Assembly (NCBI GenBank): GCA_024648785.1
Contig: JABYQB010000001.1
Span: 54,696-118,695 of the forward strand
Direction: 5' to 3'
DNA: 64,000 bases
From: Candidatus Westeberhardia cardiocondylae
GTDB lineage: Bacteria; Pseudomonadota; Gammaproteobacteria; Enterobacterales; Enterobacteriaceae
Positions 30,636-41,240 of this stretch are shown piece after piece (position 1 is the first letter of the stretch; each line of letters opens with the position of its first letter). A program made the translations under genes and the position numbers. A model generated the notes under the pieces. The model had not been told where the DNA came from. It was given only the letters and a program-made list of their open reading frames with translations, and did no database searches.

Positions 30636-31454
30636 ATGGTAATTATAAAATGTAAACCAACTTCTCCAGGAAGACGACATGTAGTTAAAGTAGTAACGCC
30701 AGGATTATATAAAGGTAAGCCTTTTTTTCGTTTAGTAAAAAAATTGAATAAATCTGGAGGTCGTAATAATTTTGGTCGTATTACTACAAGACATGTTGGT
30801 GGAGGACATAAACGTTTGTATCGTTTAATAGATTTTAAACGTAATAAAGATAATATTCCAGGTTTAGTTAAACGGATTGAATACGATCCAAATCGTTCTG
30901 CAAATATTGCATTGGTTTTGTATTGTGATGGCGAATTTAGATATATTATTGCCCCCAAAGGTTTAGATATTGGTAATATTATTCAATCTGGTGTTGATGT
31001 TGAAATTAAAATTGGGAATAGTTTACCTATGAGGAATATACCAGTTGGTTCTATTGTACATAATATAGAGATTAAACCAGGTAAGGGTGGTCAGTTATCT
31101 CGTTCTGCAGGGTCTTATGCCCAGATTATATCAAAGGATGATTCTTATGTTACGTTACGTTTACGATCTGATGAGATTCGTAAAATATATTCTCATTGTC
31201 GTGCTACTATTGGTGAAGTTAGCAATTCAGAACATATGTTGCGTGTGTTGGGTAAGGCAGGTGCTAATCGTTGGAGAGGTATAAGGCCAACTGTTAGAGG
31301 TACAGCTATGAACCCGGTAGATCACCCACATGGTGGTGGTGAAGGTCGTAATTTTGGTAAGCACCCGGTTAGCCCATGGGGATTTTCAACAAAAGGGAAA
31401 AAGACAAGAAATAATAAAAGAACTGATAAGTTTATTATTCGTCGTAATAGATAA
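30636..31454 (+). CDS. rplB: 50S ribosomal protein L2
   Basis: [20 protein letters not shown] matches the E. coli [20 protein letters not shown] start. [17 protein letters not shown] is present. 272 aa. Confidence 0.97.
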   Translation: MVIIKCKPTSPGRRHVVKVVTPGLYKGKPFFRLVKKLNKSGGRNNFGRITTRHVGGGHKRLYRLIDFKRNKDNIPGLVKRIEYDPNRSANIALVLYCDGEFRYIIAPKGLDIGNIIQSGVDVEIKIGNSLPMRNIPVGSIVHNIEIKPGKGGQLSRSAGSYAQIISKDDSYVTLRLRSDEIRKIYSHCRATIGEVSNSEHMLRVLGKAGANRWRGIRPTVRGTAMNPVDHPHGGGEGRNFGKHPVSPWGFSTKGKKTRNNKRTDKFIIRRNR

Positions 31455-31488
31455 CAAAAATTTTTGTATGGAGGAAAATAATAATTTT

Positions 31489-31770
31489 ATGCCACGTTCT
31501 ATAAAAAAGGGTCCTTTTATTGATGATCATTTATTAAAAAAAGTTTTATGCGCAGTAAAAAATAGAGATAAAAGTCCAATTCGTACTTGGTCTAGACGTT
31601 CTACAATTTTTCCTAAAATGATTGGTTTAACTATTTCTGTACATAATGGTAGAAAACATGTACCAATATTTATTGTTGATGATATGGTGGGTCATAAATT
31701 AGGAGAGTTTGTTCCAACTCGTACGTATAGAGGACATAATTCAGATAAAAAGAGTAAAAGTCATCAATAA
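31489..31770 (+). CDS. rpsS: 30S ribosomal protein S19
   Basis: [19 protein letters not shown]...[11 protein letters not shown]...[11 protein letters not shown] matches S19. GGAGG lies at 31470-31474. The track ORF starting at 31330 is an unsupported 5' extension. Confidence 0.97.
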   Translation: MPRSIKKGPFIDDHLLKKVLCAVKNRDKSPIRTWSRRSTIFPKMIGLTISVHNGRKHVPIFIVDDMVGHKLGEFVPTRTYRGHNSDKKSKSHQ

Positions 31771-31829
31771 AATTTATTTAATAATTAAATATTTTTATGT
31801 TATTTATTGGAGAATAATTAATTAAAAAA

Positions 31830-32162
31830 ATGGAAGTTATGGCTAAGCATCGTTATGCTCGTTCATCCCCGCAAAAAGTTCGTTTAGTTGTTAATTTAAT
31901 TAGAGGGAAAAGAGTATTACATGCATTGAATTTATTAAAATTTTCAAAGAAAAAATCTGCTTTTTTAGTAAAAAAGGTGTTATGTTCTGCTATTTCAAAT
32001 GCTGAACATAATGAAGGTGCTGATGTTGGAGTTTTAAGGGTATCAAAAATTTATGTTGATACTGGACCTGTAACAAAGAGAATTTTTCCTAGAGCTAAAG
32101 GTAGAGCAGATTATATTTTAAAACGTACTAGTCATATTACTATTTTTGTTTCTGATAAATAA
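31830..32162 (+). CDS. rplV: 50S ribosomal protein L22
   Basis: 110 aa. [20 protein letters not shown]...[23 protein letters not shown] matches E. coli L22 end to end. Confidence 0.97.
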   Translation: MEVMAKHRYARSSPQKVRLVVNLIRGKRVLHALNLLKFSKKKSAFLVKKVLCSAISNAEHNEGADVGVLRVSKIYVDTGPVTKRIFPRAKGRADYILKRTSHITIFVSDK

Positions 32163-32192
32163 AATTTTTTATATATGGAGAAATGTAAATAA

Positions 32193-32909
32193 ATGGGTCA
32201 GAAAGTTCATCCTTGCGGAATGCGTCTTGGAATTATTAAACCATGGAGTTCAATTTGGTATTCTAATACTAAAGATTTTGCTAATAACTTAGATAATGAT
32301 TTTAAGATTCGTGATTTTATTTATAAGGAGTTAGTTAATGCTTCAGTTTCTCGTGTATTTATTGAGCGTTTATCTAAAAGTGTAAAAATTTCTATTTATG
32401 CTGCTAGACCAGGTATTATAATTGGAAAGAAAGGTGAAGATATTGATCGTCTGCGTAAAAATATATTTAAAATAACTAATGTTCCATCAAAAATTAGTAT
32501 TATTGAAGTTCGTAAACCAGAAGTGGATGCTAAATTAGTTGCTGATAATATTTCTTTGCAATTAGAACGTCGTGCATTGTTTCGCAGGGTTATGAAAAGA
32601 GCTGTACAAAATTCTATTAGATCGGGTGCAAAGGGAATTAAGATTGAGGTTAGTGGTCGTTTAGGAGGTGTTGAAATTGCAAGAACTGAATGGTATAGGG
32701 AAGGTCGGGTTCCTTTACATACTTTACGTGCAGATATTGATTATAATACTGCAGAGGCACGCACTACTTATGGAATTATTGGTATAAAAGTTTGGATTTA
32801 TAAAGGTGAAATATTAGATAAAATTACATCTTGTATGGTAAATGATGTAGATTTTTTTGAAAAGTCTAAAAAACAAAGAAAACGTGGTCGTAAGATTGGG
32901 AGTAATTAA
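32193..32909 (+). CDS. rpsC: 30S ribosomal protein S3
   Basis: 238 aa. [28 protein letters not shown] and [30 protein letters not shown] match S3. Confidence 0.97.
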   Translation: MGQKVHPCGMRLGIIKPWSSIWYSNTKDFANNLDNDFKIRDFIYKELVNASVSRVFIERLSKSVKISIYAARPGIIIGKKGEDIDRLRKNIFKITNVPSKISIIEVRKPEVDAKLVADNISLQLERRALFRRVMKRAVQNSIRSGAKGIKIEVSGRLGGVEIARTEWYREGRVPLHTLRADIDYNTAEARTTYGIIGIKVWIYKGEILDKITSCMVNDVDFFEKSKKQRKRGRKIGSN

Positions 32910-33325
32910 TGTTACAGCCTAAACGTACAAAATTTCGTAAAATGCAAAAGGGTAGAAATCGTGGTTTGTCTGTTGTGGGATCAGATATTGTATTTGGTTT
33001 TTTTGGTTTGAAAGCTGTTACTAGAGGTTTTTTAACTTCTAGACAAATTGAGTCAGCTAGACGTGTTATATCAAGAGCTATAAAAAGACAAGGAAAGATT
33101 TGGATTCGTGTTTTTCCAGATAAACCTATTACTAAAAAACCTCTTGAGGTTAGAATGGGAAAGGGAAAAGGAAATGTTGAATATTGGGTTGTGTTGATCA
33201 GACCAGGAAAAATTTTGTATGAGCTAAGTGGTGTATCTAAAGAACTTTCCAGACATGCGTTTAAATTAGCTTCAGCAAAATTGTCTGTTAAAACTGTTAT
33301 TGTTGAAAAAATGGATTGTGTATGA
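32909..33325 (+). CDS. rplP: 50S ribosomal protein L16
   Basis: 138 aa. [19 protein letters not shown] and [13 protein letters not shown] match L16. The start forms a TAATG overlap with rpsC. Confidence 0.97.
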   Translation: MLQPKRTKFRKMQKGRNRGLSVVGSDIVFGFFGLKAVTRGFLTSRQIESARRVISRAIKRQGKIWIRVFPDKPITKKPLEVRMGKGKGNVEYWVVLIRPGKILYELSGVSKELSRHAFKLASAKLSVKTVIVEKMDCV

Positions 33326-33510
33326 ATATAAAAATAATTGGTAAAAAAAATAATAATGAATTAAATTATGAATTATTTAGATTGTTTCATAAGGAATTTG
33401 ATTTACGTGTTAAATATGCATTACATTCTAAAAATGTAAGGCATACTCATTTATTTAGGAATATTCGTCGAAATATTGCAATTATAAAGATGATTTTAAA
33501 TAAACGTTAG
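33322..33510 (+). CDS. rpmC: 50S ribosomal protein L29
   Basis: 62 aa from the ATG at 33322, which forms an ATGA overlap with the rplP stop. It aligns in length and position with E. coli L29 (ELN at residues 13-15). The sequence is diverged, so the call rests mainly on operon position. Confidence 0.85.
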   Translation: MNIKIIGKKNNNELNYELFRLFHKEFDLRVKYALHSKNVRHTHLFRNIRRNIAIIKMILNKR

Positions 33511-33528
33511 TAGAGGTTGAAATTTTTA

Positions 33529-33783
33529 ATGAAAAAAAAACGTCATGTTTTGATTGGTAAAGTTTTGAGTAATAAAATGAATAAGTCAATTGTTGTTGTT
33601 ATTGAACGAATTGTGAAACATATTCCGTATGGTAAGTTTGTTAAAAAAACAACTAAAATACATGTTCATGATGAAAACAATATTTGTAATATAAATGATG
33701 TTGTTGAAATTATAGCATGCCGTCCTATTTCTAAAACAAAGTTTTGGTCATTAGTTCGTGTTGTTAGTAGATATAATTTATAA
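33529..33783 (+). CDS. rpsQ: 30S ribosomal protein S17
   Basis: 84 aa. [33 protein letters not shown]...[16 protein letters not shown] matches S17. GAGG lies 12 nt upstream of the ATG. Confidence 0.95.
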   Translation: MKKKRHVLIGKVLSNKMNKSIVVVIERIVKHIPYGKFVKKTTKIHVHDENNICNINDVVEIIACRPISKTKFWSLVRVVSRYNL

Positions 33784-33823
33784 AATTTATATTATTTTTT
33801 AATATAAATTTTATTTAAATTTG

Positions 33824-33832
33824 TGTTATAAT
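33824..33832 (+). promoter_or_regulatory. candidate extended -10 element TGTTATAAT (spc-operon promoter position)
   Basis: This is an exact TGnTATAAT in the 146-bp rpsQ-rplN spacer, about 98 nt upstream of rplN, where E. coli has the spc promoter. Chance occurrence is plausible in this composition. Confidence 0.35.
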
Positions 33833-33929
33833 TTTATCAAATTTTATATTTTTTTATTTTTATATGTTATACTGTTGTGTTATTTGTTGTTTTATATTTG
33901 TTTTTTATTTTTTAAAGTGGTAATTGTTT

Positions 33930-34298
33930 ATGATTCAAGAACAAAGTGTATTATTTGTTGCTGATAATTCTGGTGCAAGACGTGTTATGTGTATTAGAGT
34001 TTTAGGTGGTTCTAATCGTCGTTATGCAAATATTGGTGATATTATTAAAATAGCTGTGAAGGAAGTAATTCCACGTGGAAAAATAAAAAAGGGTGATGTT
34101 TTAAAAGCTGTCATAGTTCGTACAAAAAAAGGTGTTAGACGACAGGATGGTTCTTTAATTCGTTTTGATACAAATTCTTGTGTTTTATTAACTGATAATG
34201 AACAGCCTGTAGGTACTAGAGTTTTTGGACCAATTACTAGAGAGTTGCGTATAGATAAATTTATGAAAATTGTTTCTTTAGCTTTTGAAGTTATTTAA
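33930..34298 (+). CDS. rplN: 50S ribosomal protein L14
   Basis: [27 protein letters not shown]...[19 protein letters not shown] matches the E. coli L14 start and body. 122 aa. Confidence 0.97.
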   Translation: MIQEQSVLFVADNSGARRVMCIRVLGGSNRRYANIGDIIKIAVKEVIPRGKIKKGDVLKAVIVRTKKGVRRQDGSLIRFDTNSCVLLTDNEQPVGTRVFGPITRELRIDKFMKIVSLAFEVI

Positions 34299-34326
34299 AT
34301 ATTTATTAGGAGATAATATATTTTGT

Positions 34327-34638
34327 ATGGCAAGAATTCGTTGTAATGATTTGGTAATAGTGATTTCAGGTAGAGATAAAGGAAAATGTGGAAAAGTGAA
34401 ATTTATTTTTTCTGATATTGGTAAAGCTATTGTTGAGAATGTTAATTTAGTTTTTAAACATCAAAAGCCCATTCCTTCTATTGGAAAAGCTGGAGGTGTT
34501 TTGCGTAAAGAGTCTTTTATAGATATTTCTAATCTTGCTGTGTATAATACTTTTACTAATCAAGCAGATCGTGTTGGTTTTAGATTTATAGGTAATAGGA
34601 AGGTTCGTTTTTTTAAGTCTAATGGAAAAGTATTTTAA
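34327..34638 (+). CDS. rplX: 50S ribosomal protein L24
   Basis: MARIRCNDLVIVISGRDKGKCGKVK...ADRVGFRF...KVRFFKSNG matches L24. AGGAG lies at 34308-34312. Confidence 0.95.
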   Translation: MARIRCNDLVIVISGRDKGKCGKVKFIFSDIGKAIVENVNLVFKHQKPIPSIGKAGGVLRKESFIDISNLAVYNTFTNQADRVGFRFIGNRKVRFFKSNGKVF

Positions 34639-34666
34639 ATTTTAATATGGAAATTTTTTAGAAAAT

Positions 34667-35212
34667 ATGACAACTTTGTTAAGTTATTATAGAGATGTTG
34701 TTGTTAAGAAATTATTGCAAGATTTTAAATATATTTCTTGTATGCAAGTTCCATCTTTTAAAAAGATTACCATAAATATGGGTTTGGGATTAAATGCTAT
34801 TGATAAAAAAATACTACGAGAAGTTATTTCTGATATATCCTTGATTTCTGGTCAAAAGCCTATTGTTACTAAAGCTAGAAGATCAATTTCTAATTTCAAA
34901 ATTAGAAAGGGATTTCCAGTTGGTTGTAAGACAACTTTGCGTGGTAGGCGCATGTGGGATTTTTTTGAAAAATTTGTATATATTGTTGTTCCTCGTATTA
35001 GAGATTTTCGTGGTTTTTCTGTTGAATCTTTTGATGGGTATGGCAATTATAATATTGGTGTTAGTGAACATATTATTTTTCCTGAAATTAATTATGATAC
35101 TTATCGTAATTCTAGAGGATTAGATATTGCAATTACTACTACTGCTAGATCTAATAGAGAAGGTTATGCATTATTTAAGTATTTAAATTTTCCATTTAGT
35201 AGAAAAGATTAG
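34667..35212 (+). CDS. rplE: 50S ribosomal protein L5
   Basis: 181 aa. [42 protein letters not shown] and VPRIRDFRG match L5. Confidence 0.96.
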   Translation: MTTLLSYYRDVVVKKLLQDFKYISCMQVPSFKKITINMGLGLNAIDKKILREVISDISLISGQKPIVTKARRSISNFKIRKGFPVGCKTTLRGRRMWDFFEKFVYIVVPRIRDFRGFSVESFDGYGNYNIGVSEHIIFPEINYDTYRNSRGLDIAITTTARSNREGYALFKYLNFPFSRKD

Positions 35213-35225
35213 GTTGAAATTGCTT

Positions 35226-35531
35226 ATGGCTAAAAAGTCTATGAGAGCACGTGAAGAAAGAAGAAAGAAGTTATCTAAAAAATTTTATGAAAAACGTATT
35301 AGATTGAAGAATATTATTTCTGATTTAAAAATTTCTGAAAAAGATCGATGGGATGCAGTTCTCAGTTTACAACGGTTTCCTAGAGATTCAAGCCCTTCAA
35401 GACAGAGAAATCGTTGCAGGAAAACTGGTAGGCCTCATGCTTTTTTAAGAAAATTTGGATTGAGTAGAATTAAAGTTCGTGAAGCTGCTATGAGGGGTGA
35501 AATACCAGGATTAAAGAAGGCTAGTTGGTAG
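35226..35531 (+). CDS. rpsN: 30S ribosomal protein S14
   Basis: 101 aa from [61 protein letters not shown] is nearly identical to E. coli S14. Confidence 0.97.
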   Translation: MAKKSMRAREERRKKLSKKFYEKRIRLKNIISDLKISEKDRWDAVLSLQRFPRDSSPSRQRNRCRKTGRPHAFLRKFGLSRIKVREAAMRGEIPGLKKASW

Positions 35532-35586
35532 TTGTGTGTTTTGTTTTTAATAATTTTTAATTTATTTTAAAAGGACTATATAATAT

Positions 35587-35982
35587 ATGAGTATGCAAGA
35601 TCCTATTGCAGATATGTTGACATGTATTCGTAATGGTCATAAGGAAAATAAAAAATTGGTTTCTGTTCCTTCTTCTAGGTTGAAAATAAAAATTTTAGAT
35701 TTATTGAAATTTGAAGGATTTATTAAGGATTATCATATTAGATGTAGTAATAATAAAAATATTATAATATTGATACTTAAATATTTTAAAAATAAACCTG
35801 TTATAGAAACATTAATTCGTATTAGTAGACCGGGTCTTCGTGTGTATAAAAAACATTATATGTTGCCAAAGATTATGTGCGATACAGGTATTAATGTTGT
35901 TTCTACATCCAAAGGTATTATAACTGATCGTGTAGCATATAGACTTGGTCTTGGTGGTGAGGTTATTTTTCATATTTCTTAA
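35587..35982 (+). CDS. rpsH: 30S ribosomal protein S8
   Basis: MSMQDPIADMLTCIRNG matches E. coli MSMQDPIADMLTRIRNG. 131 aa. Confidence 0.96.
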   Translation: MSMQDPIADMLTCIRNGHKENKKLVSVPSSRLKIKILDLLKFEGFIKDYHIRCSNNKNIIILILKYFKNKPVIETLIRISRPGLRVYKKHYMLPKIMCDTGINVVSTSKGIITDRVAYRLGLGGEVIFHIS

Positions 35983-36028
35983 TAAGAATAAAGAATTGTT
36001 TAGAGATTGGAGGGGGGTTTTATTTTAC

Positions 36029-36562
36029 ATGTCTCATTTGACAAAATCAAATCTTTTTGTTCCAAGTGACATTAAGGTTATTATGTGTAATAAAAAAATT
36101 ATTGTTAAAGGTAAATATGGAGAATTAAAAATAAAAATTCATAATTCTGTTAATGTTGATTATAATAATAATTATTTTGTTTTTTCTGGAAAGAGTGGTA
36201 ATTGTTATTCAAGATCATTAATTGGTACTACTAGGTCTATATTAAGAAATATGTTGATTGGAGTTTCTAATTATTTTTATAAAACATTACAATTGGTTGG
36301 TGTTGGTTATAGAGTTTTGCTTAAAGATAGAATAATTGTCTTGCATGTTGGATTTTCTCATTCTATTAATTATTCTTTACCAGAAGGTATTATTGCTAAA
36401 TGTACAAATCAAAATGAAATTATGTTACAAGGTATTGATAAACAACTTGTTGGACAAGTAGCTGCTGATTTGCGTTCATATAGAATACCAGAATGTTATA
36501 AGGGTAAGGGTATTCGTTATTTAAATGAAATAGTTTTAATTAAGGAAGCTAAGAAGAAATAG
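36029..36562 (+). CDS. rplF: 50S ribosomal protein L6
   Basis: 177 aa from MSHLTK. LQLVGVGYR, GFSH, GQVAADLRSYR, YKGKGIRY and EAKKK match L6. GGAGG lies at 36009-36013. Confidence 0.95.
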   Translation: MSHLTKSNLFVPSDIKVIMCNKKIIVKGKYGELKIKIHNSVNVDYNNNYFVFSGKSGNCYSRSLIGTTRSILRNMLIGVSNYFYKTLQLVGVGYRVLLKDRIIVLHVGFSHSINYSLPEGIIAKCTNQNEIMLQGIDKQLVGQVAADLRSYRIPECYKGKGIRYLNEIVLIKEAKKK

Positions 36563-36583
36563 ATGAAGAGAGTTTTTTAATAT

Positions 36584-36946
36584 ATGGTTATATCAAAGAA
36601 ATTGTTAAGAATACGAAGATTTTTTTGTCTTCGTAGTAAATTAAAAAGATTGTCATTGCGAAGATTAGTAATTCATAGAACATCTAGGCATATTTATGCA
36701 CAAATAGTTGTACCTGATGGTTCGAGAGTTTTGGTTGCTGCTTCTACTATAGAGAAAAATATTAAGAATAAATTATTGGGATATACTGGTAATAAAGTTT
36801 CTTCTGTTTTAGTTGGGAAGATTATTGCAAGACGTGCATTAGATATTGGTATAAAACAGGTTGTTTTTGATAGATCTGGTTTTAAATATCATGGTAGAAT
36901 AAGGTCATTAGCTGATTCTGCGCGTAAAGAGGGTCTTATTTTGTAA
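36584..36946 (+). CDS. rplR: 50S ribosomal protein L18
   Basis: 120 aa. [40 protein letters not shown] and [10 protein letters not shown] match L18. Confidence 0.95.
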   Translation: MVISKKLLRIRRFFCLRSKLKRLSLRRLVIHRTSRHIYAQIVVPDGSRVLVAASTIEKNIKNKLLGYTGNKVSSVLVGKIIARRALDIGIKQVVFDRSGFKYHGRIRSLADSARKEGLIL

Positions 36947-36981
36947 TCATTATGATATATTTAATTATTTTAGGATACATT

Positions 36982-37488
36982 ATGTCTAATGTTGGTAGAA
37001 TGGTTTTTACAGAATTGAAAGAAAAATTAATTTCAGTAAATCGTGTTTCTAAAACGGTTAAAGGTGGTCGTGTTTTTAGTTTTACTGCTTTAACTGTTGT
37101 AGGTAATTGTAATGGAAGAGTAGGAATTGGATATGGAAAAGCTAGAGAAGTTCCTATAGCTATACAAAAATCTATGGATAAAGCTCGTAGAAATATGATT
37201 AATATATTTATTATTAATAATACATTGCAATATCCTGTACAAGGTGTACATGTAAAATCTCGTATATTTATGAAACCAGCTCATGAAGGTACAGGTATTA
37301 TTGCTGGTGGTGCAATGCGTTCTATTTTAGAGGTAGCAGGAATACGTAATGTTTTGGCAAAAATGTATGGATCTACTAACCCAATTAATGTAGTTAGAGC
37401 TACTATGAATGCTCTTAATAAAATTAAGCCTTTTTCAGAAATTGCAGCAAAAAGAGGTAAATTTGTTAAAGATATTTTGAAAAAATAA
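36982..37488 (+). CDS. rpsE: 30S ribosomal protein S5
   Basis: 168 aa. [40 protein letters not shown] and [11 protein letters not shown]...[11 protein letters not shown] match S5. Confidence 0.96.
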   Translation: MSNVGRMVFTELKEKLISVNRVSKTVKGGRVFSFTALTVVGNCNGRVGIGYGKAREVPIAIQKSMDKARRNMINIFIINNTLQYPVQGVHVKSRIFMKPAHEGTGIIAGGAMRSILEVAGIRNVLAKMYGSTNPINVVRATMNALNKIKPFSEIAAKRGKFVKDILKK

Positions 37489-37671
37489 TTTTTTTTGGTA
37501 TTATAATGTATTAATAGAATGTTTGGTAATATAATGTGTTATTAGTAGTTTTTAAGACAAGTATTTTTAGTATTTTTAATATTTATATATTGTGATATAG
37601 ATATTATTAAAATATATGTATCATGTTTTATTTAATGTCATATATAATGGCGAATAAAATGGTAATTTTTA

Positions 37672-38103
37672 ATGCGTTTAAATAGTTTTTTAATTTTGAA
37701 AAAATGTAGGAAAAATTCAAAACGTTTGTGTAGAGGTATTGGATCAGGACTAGGAAAGACTGGTGGTCGTGGACATAAAGGTCAAAATTCTCGTTCTGGT
37801 GGTGGTGTAAGTAATAGATTCGAAGGTGGTCAGATGTCTTATTATAAAAGATTACCAAAATTTGGGTTTGTATCAAAAAAGTCTTTATTTACCACAGAAA
37901 TTCGTTTATCTGATTTAGAAAATGTAAAATCTAATGTTATAGATATTTATGTTCTAAAAAAATTTAATATTATTAATAGAAATGTAAAGTTTGTTAAATT
38001 AATATTATCTGGAAAAATTAGTCGTTCTATTGTTGTTAAAGGTTTTCGTATTTCTCATGGAGCTCGTATTGCAATTACACGTATTGGTGGTAGTATAATT
38101 TGA
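37672..38103 (+). CDS. rplO: 50S ribosomal protein L15
   Basis: MRLNS...[25 protein letters not shown]...FEGGQM...RLPKFGF matches L15. 143 aa. Confidence 0.96.
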   Translation: MRLNSFLILKKCRKNSKRLCRGIGSGLGKTGGRGHKGQNSRSGGGVSNRFEGGQMSYYKRLPKFGFVSKKSLFTTEIRLSDLENVKSNVIDIYVLKKFNIINRNVKFVKLILSGKISRSIVVKGFRISHGARIAITRIGGSII

Positions 38104-38109
38104 GGGTAA

Positions 38110-39456
38110 ATGAAAATTATGTTTAGAAAAATTAAATCGTTCGGTGTGGATTTGAGAAGTTCTAAAGATGGTTTTAATGAATTAAAAAAAAGATTACTTT
38201 TTGTTGTTGTTTCTTTAATAATCTTTCGTGCTGGTTCTTTTATTCCAATTCCAGGTATTGATACTATGAAACTTGCAAAATTTATTGAAAACCAGCAAGG
38301 TACTGTTATTGATATGTTTAATATGTTTTCTGGTGGTGCATTGAGTCGTGCATCTATATTTTCATTAGGTATTATACCATATATTTCAGCATCAATCATT
38401 GTTCAATTATTGACTGTTATTCATCCAAAGTTAATAGAAATAAAAAAAGAGGGTGGTGAAGTAAGTAAGAGAAAAATAAATAAGTATGTTAGTTATTTTA
38501 CATTAATTTTATGTATAGTTCAGTCTATTGGTATTGCTATTTCTTTACCAAGAATACCTATAATTAGTGTATTAATAATTAACCCTGGTTATATTTTTTA
38601 TGTTACGACAATATCCAGTTTAGTATGTGGTACTATATTTTTAATGTGGTTAGGTGGACAAATTACAGAGAAAGGAATTGGTAATGGAATTTCAGTTATT
38701 ATTTTTTCAGGTATTGTTTCTGGTTTTCCTTCTGCGTTTTATGGTACTATAGAGCAAGTTAGGCAGGGTAATTTTAATTTTTTAGTTTTGTTATTTGTTA
38801 TGTTGTTTATGTTTATTGTGATTTTTTTTGTTGTTTTTGTTGAACGTGGACAACGTCATATTATTGTTAATTATGCAAAGAGGCAACAAGGTCGAAGAAT
38901 GTATGCATCTCATAGTACACATCTTCCGTTAAAAGTTAATATGTCTGGGGTTATTCCGGCTGTTTTTGCTTCTAGTATAATTTTATTTCCAACAACTATT
39001 TTATCTTGGATAGGAAATGGGGTGGAGTGTAAGTTATTGAATTTTGTAATTTCATATTTGCAACCTAATCAGGTAATTTATATTACATTTTATGCAATTT
39101 CAATAGTATTTTTTTGTTTTTTTTATACATCGTTAGTTTTTAATTCTAGAGAGACTGCAGAAAATTTGAAGAAATCTGGAGCATTTATATCAGGTGTTAG
39201 ACCAGGGGAAAAAACAGCAAAATATATTAATAAAATCATGATGAGATTAACAGTTATTGGATCAATGTATATTACCATAGTTTGTTTAATTCCAGATTTT
39301 ATGAGGTCTGTTATGAATGTTCCTTTTTATTTTGGAGGTACATCATTATTAATTGTAGTTGTTGTTATTATAGATTTTATTGGTCAGATTCAAAGTTTGA
39401 TTATGTCTAGTCAATATGAAAGTATATTAAAGAAGGTTAATTTTAGAAATAATTAA
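38110..39456 (+). CDS. secY: protein translocase subunit SecY
   Basis: 448 aa. [35 protein letters not shown]-like [31 protein letters not shown] and [14 protein letters not shown] match E. coli SecY. Confidence 0.97.
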   Translation: MKIMFRKIKSFGVDLRSSKDGFNELKKRLLFVVVSLIIFRAGSFIPIPGIDTMKLAKFIENQQGTVIDMFNMFSGGALSRASIFSLGIIPYISASIIVQLLTVIHPKLIEIKKEGGEVSKRKINKYVSYFTLILCIVQSIGIAISLPRIPIISVLIINPGYIFYVTTISSLVCGTIFLMWLGGQITEKGIGNGISVIIFSGIVSGFPSAFYGTIEQVRQGNFNFLVLLFVMLFMFIVIFFVVFVERGQRHIIVNYAKRQQGRRMYASHSTHLPLKVNMSGVIPAVFASSIILFPTTILSWIGNGVECKLLNFVISYLQPNQVIYITFYAISIVFFCFFYTSLVFNSRETAENLKKSGAFISGVRPGEKTAKYINKIMMRLTVIGSMYITIVCLIPDFMRSVMNVPFYFGGTSLLIVVVVIIDFIGQIQSLIMSSQYESILKKVNFRNN

Positions 39457-39462
39457 TAATAA

Positions 39463-39477
39463 ATTTTGTTAAATTTT
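39463..39477 (+). repeat. spacer motif B core ATTTTGTTAAATTTT
   Basis: Exact 15-mer, 7 nt after the secY stop. Confidence 0.45.
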
Positions 39478-39504
39478 AATATAAAATTAATATTTTATTA
39501 AATT

Positions 39505-39621
39505 ATGAAAGTTCGTACTTCCATTAAAAAATTATGTAGAAATTGTGTTATAGTAAAGAGACATGGTATTCTTCGTGTTATGTGTTTTAATAATCCAAAA
39601 CATAAACAGAGACAAGGTTAG
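39505..39621 (+). CDS. rpmJ: 50S ribosomal protein L36
   Basis: This ORF is not in the track because it is only 38 aa. My translation is [39 protein letters not shown]. coli L36 is [38 protein letters not shown]. It lies between secY and rpsM, as in E. coli. Confidence 0.95.
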   Translation: MKVRTSIKKLCRNCVIVKRHGILRVMCFNNPKHKQRQG

Positions 39622-39664
39622 GTTTTCAATATATTTTGTTGTGTTTTATTATTTGATTTATGTA

Positions 39665-39679
39665 ATTTTGTTAAATTTT
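39665..39679 (+). repeat. spacer motif B core ATTTTGTTAAATTTT
   Basis: Exact 15-mer, 44 nt after the rpmJ stop and just upstream of rpsM. Confidence 0.45.
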
Positions 39680-39693
39680 ATATGAGGTGTATT

Positions 39694-40056
39694 TTGGTAC
39701 GTATAGTAGGTGTTAATATTCCTGAGAATAAAAATGTTATAGTAGGTTTAACTATGATATATGGTATTGGTAAAGTTCTTTCCAGGAATATTTGTAGTTC
39801 TGTTGGAATTATTAATACACTTAAATTTAAAGAATTATCTGATAAACAAGTTGATTTGTTGCGTAATTATATTAATAAATTTGTTGTAGAAGGAGATTTA
39901 AGAAGGAAAGTTACTATGAACATTAAACGCTTAATGGATCTTGGTGTTTATAGAGGTTTACGTCATCGTAGGAATCTTCCTGTGCGTGGTCAAAGAACTA
40001 AGACTAATGCTAGAACTAGAAAAGGGTTTCGTAGATTTACCGGAGGTAATAAATAA
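39694..40056 (+). CDS. rpsM: 30S ribosomal protein S13
   Basis: (M)[12 protein letters not shown] aligns with E. coli MARIAGINIPDHK if TTG 39694 is the start. GAGGTG at 39684-39689 lies 4 nt upstream of it. The in-frame ATG at 39682 is an alternative start. [25 protein letters not shown] is conserved. Confidence 0.93.
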   Translation: MVRIVGVNIPENKNVIVGLTMIYGIGKVLSRNICSSVGIINTLKFKELSDKQVDLLRNYINKFVVEGDLRRKVTMNIKRLMDLGVYRGLRHRRNLPVRGQRTKTNARTRKGFRRFTGGNK

Positions 40057-40094
40057 TTTTTGTATGAGTTTTATAATGATAAGAGTTTTTATTT

Positions 40095-40490
40095 ATGTCT
40101 AAGATATCGGTTATTAGGAATTCACGTAAGCGTATTAAAAAAAAGATTTTAGATGGTATTGCGCATATTCACGCTTCTTTTAATAATACCATTATAACTA
40201 TTACTGATCTTAAAGGAAATACTTTAGGATGGGCTACATCCGGTAATACAGGATTTAAAGGTTCAAGGAAATCTACTCCTTTTGCTGCTCAGGTAGCCGC
40301 AGAACGTTGTGTTGAAATGGTAAAGGAATATGATATAAAAAATCTTGAGGTTATGGTTAAAGGACCAGGACCAGGTAGAGAATCTAGTATTCGTGCTTTA
40401 AATTCTGCTGGTTTTCGTATTTTAAATATTATTGATGTTACCCCTATTCCTCATAACGGGTGTAGACCTCCAAAAAAGCGTCGTGTGTAA
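40095..40490 (+). CDS. rpsK: 30S ribosomal protein S11
   Basis: 131 aa. [33 protein letters not shown] and [17 protein letters not shown] match S11. Confidence 0.97.
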   Translation: MSKISVIRNSRKRIKKKILDGIAHIHASFNNTIITITDLKGNTLGWATSGNTGFKGSRKSTPFAAQVAAERCVEMVKEYDIKNLEVMVKGPGPGRESSIRALNSAGFRILNIIDVTPIPHNGCRPPKKRRV

Positions 40491-40563
40491 TAATTATTTT
40501 TATCATTATTAATTTTATATTTAAATTTTAAGTATTTAGTGATTTTTGGGGATTTATAAAATA

Positions 40564-41187
40564 ATGGCAAGATATTTGGGACCGAGATTGCGGTTGTGTA
40601 GAAGAGAAGGTACAGATCTTTTTTTAAAGTCTGGTATTCGTTCTATTGATTCTAAGTGTCAAATTGATCAGTTTCCAGGTCAACATGGTAAAAATCATAA
40701 ATTGCGTTTGTCTGATTATGGTATGCAACTTAGAGAAAAACAAAAAGTTCGTCGTATGTATGGTGTTTTAGAGCGTCAATTTAGGAGATATTATGAGCGT
40801 GCTTTGTGTTCCAAAGGAAATACTGGTGAAATTCTTTTACAATTGTTAGAATGTCGTTTGGATAATATTGTTTATAGAATGGGGTTTGGGTCTACTCGTT
40901 CAGAGTCTCGTCAATTAGTTAGTCATAAGTCTGTTTTAGTAAATAATAAAATTGTAAATATTTCTTCATATAATGTTAAAGTTAATGATTATGTTAGTAT
41001 TTCTGAAAAATCACAGAATCAATTTCGTATTCGTTCTTCTTTATCTTTATCGGAAAAACGTGAAAAATTAAATTGGCTTGAAGTTGATGTTGAAAATATG
41101 TGTGGAATATTGAAGTTTGTTCCAAAATGTTCTGATTTTTTTTCTGGTATTGATGAAAACTTAATTGTTGAACTTTATTCAAAATAA
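40564..41187 (+). CDS. rpsD: 30S ribosomal protein S4
   Basis: [24 protein letters not shown]...[26 protein letters not shown]...LIVELYSK matches the E. coli S4 start and end. 207 aa. Confidence 0.97.
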   Translation: MARYLGPRLRLCRREGTDLFLKSGIRSIDSKCQIDQFPGQHGKNHKLRLSDYGMQLREKQKVRRMYGVLERQFRRYYERALCSKGNTGEILLQLLECRLDNIVYRMGFGSTRSESRQLVSHKSVLVNNKIVNISSYNVKVNDYVSISEKSQNQFRIRSSLSLSEKREKLNWLEVDVENMCGILKFVPKCSDFFSGIDENLIVELYSK

Positions 41188-41240
41188 AAATTTTTAGTTA
41201 AAAAATATCAATTATTATTTAATTTATAGGTATTAAAGAA

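Noticed and set aside
30363-31284. Minus-strand ORFs 30363..30572 and 30611..30958, and out-of-frame + ORF 31087..31284, inside rplW and rplB. Similar small ORFs overlap rplC, rplE, rpsE, rplO/secY, rpsD, fusA, tuf, nusG, rpoB and rpoC.
   Set aside because: They overlap conserved ribosomal, translation or RNA polymerase genes in other frames or strands. They have no motifs and arise as composition artefacts.
37647-37685. A mini-ORF, ATG GCG AAT AAA ATG GTA ATT TTT AAT GCG TTT AAA TAG ([12 protein letters not shown]), considered as a possible rpmD remnant because E. coli L30 starts MAKTIKIT.
   Set aside because: The similarity covers only a few residues. The ORF sits at the wrong end of the spacer, overlapping the rplO start where the L30 C-terminus should be. 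It is indistinguishable from chance.
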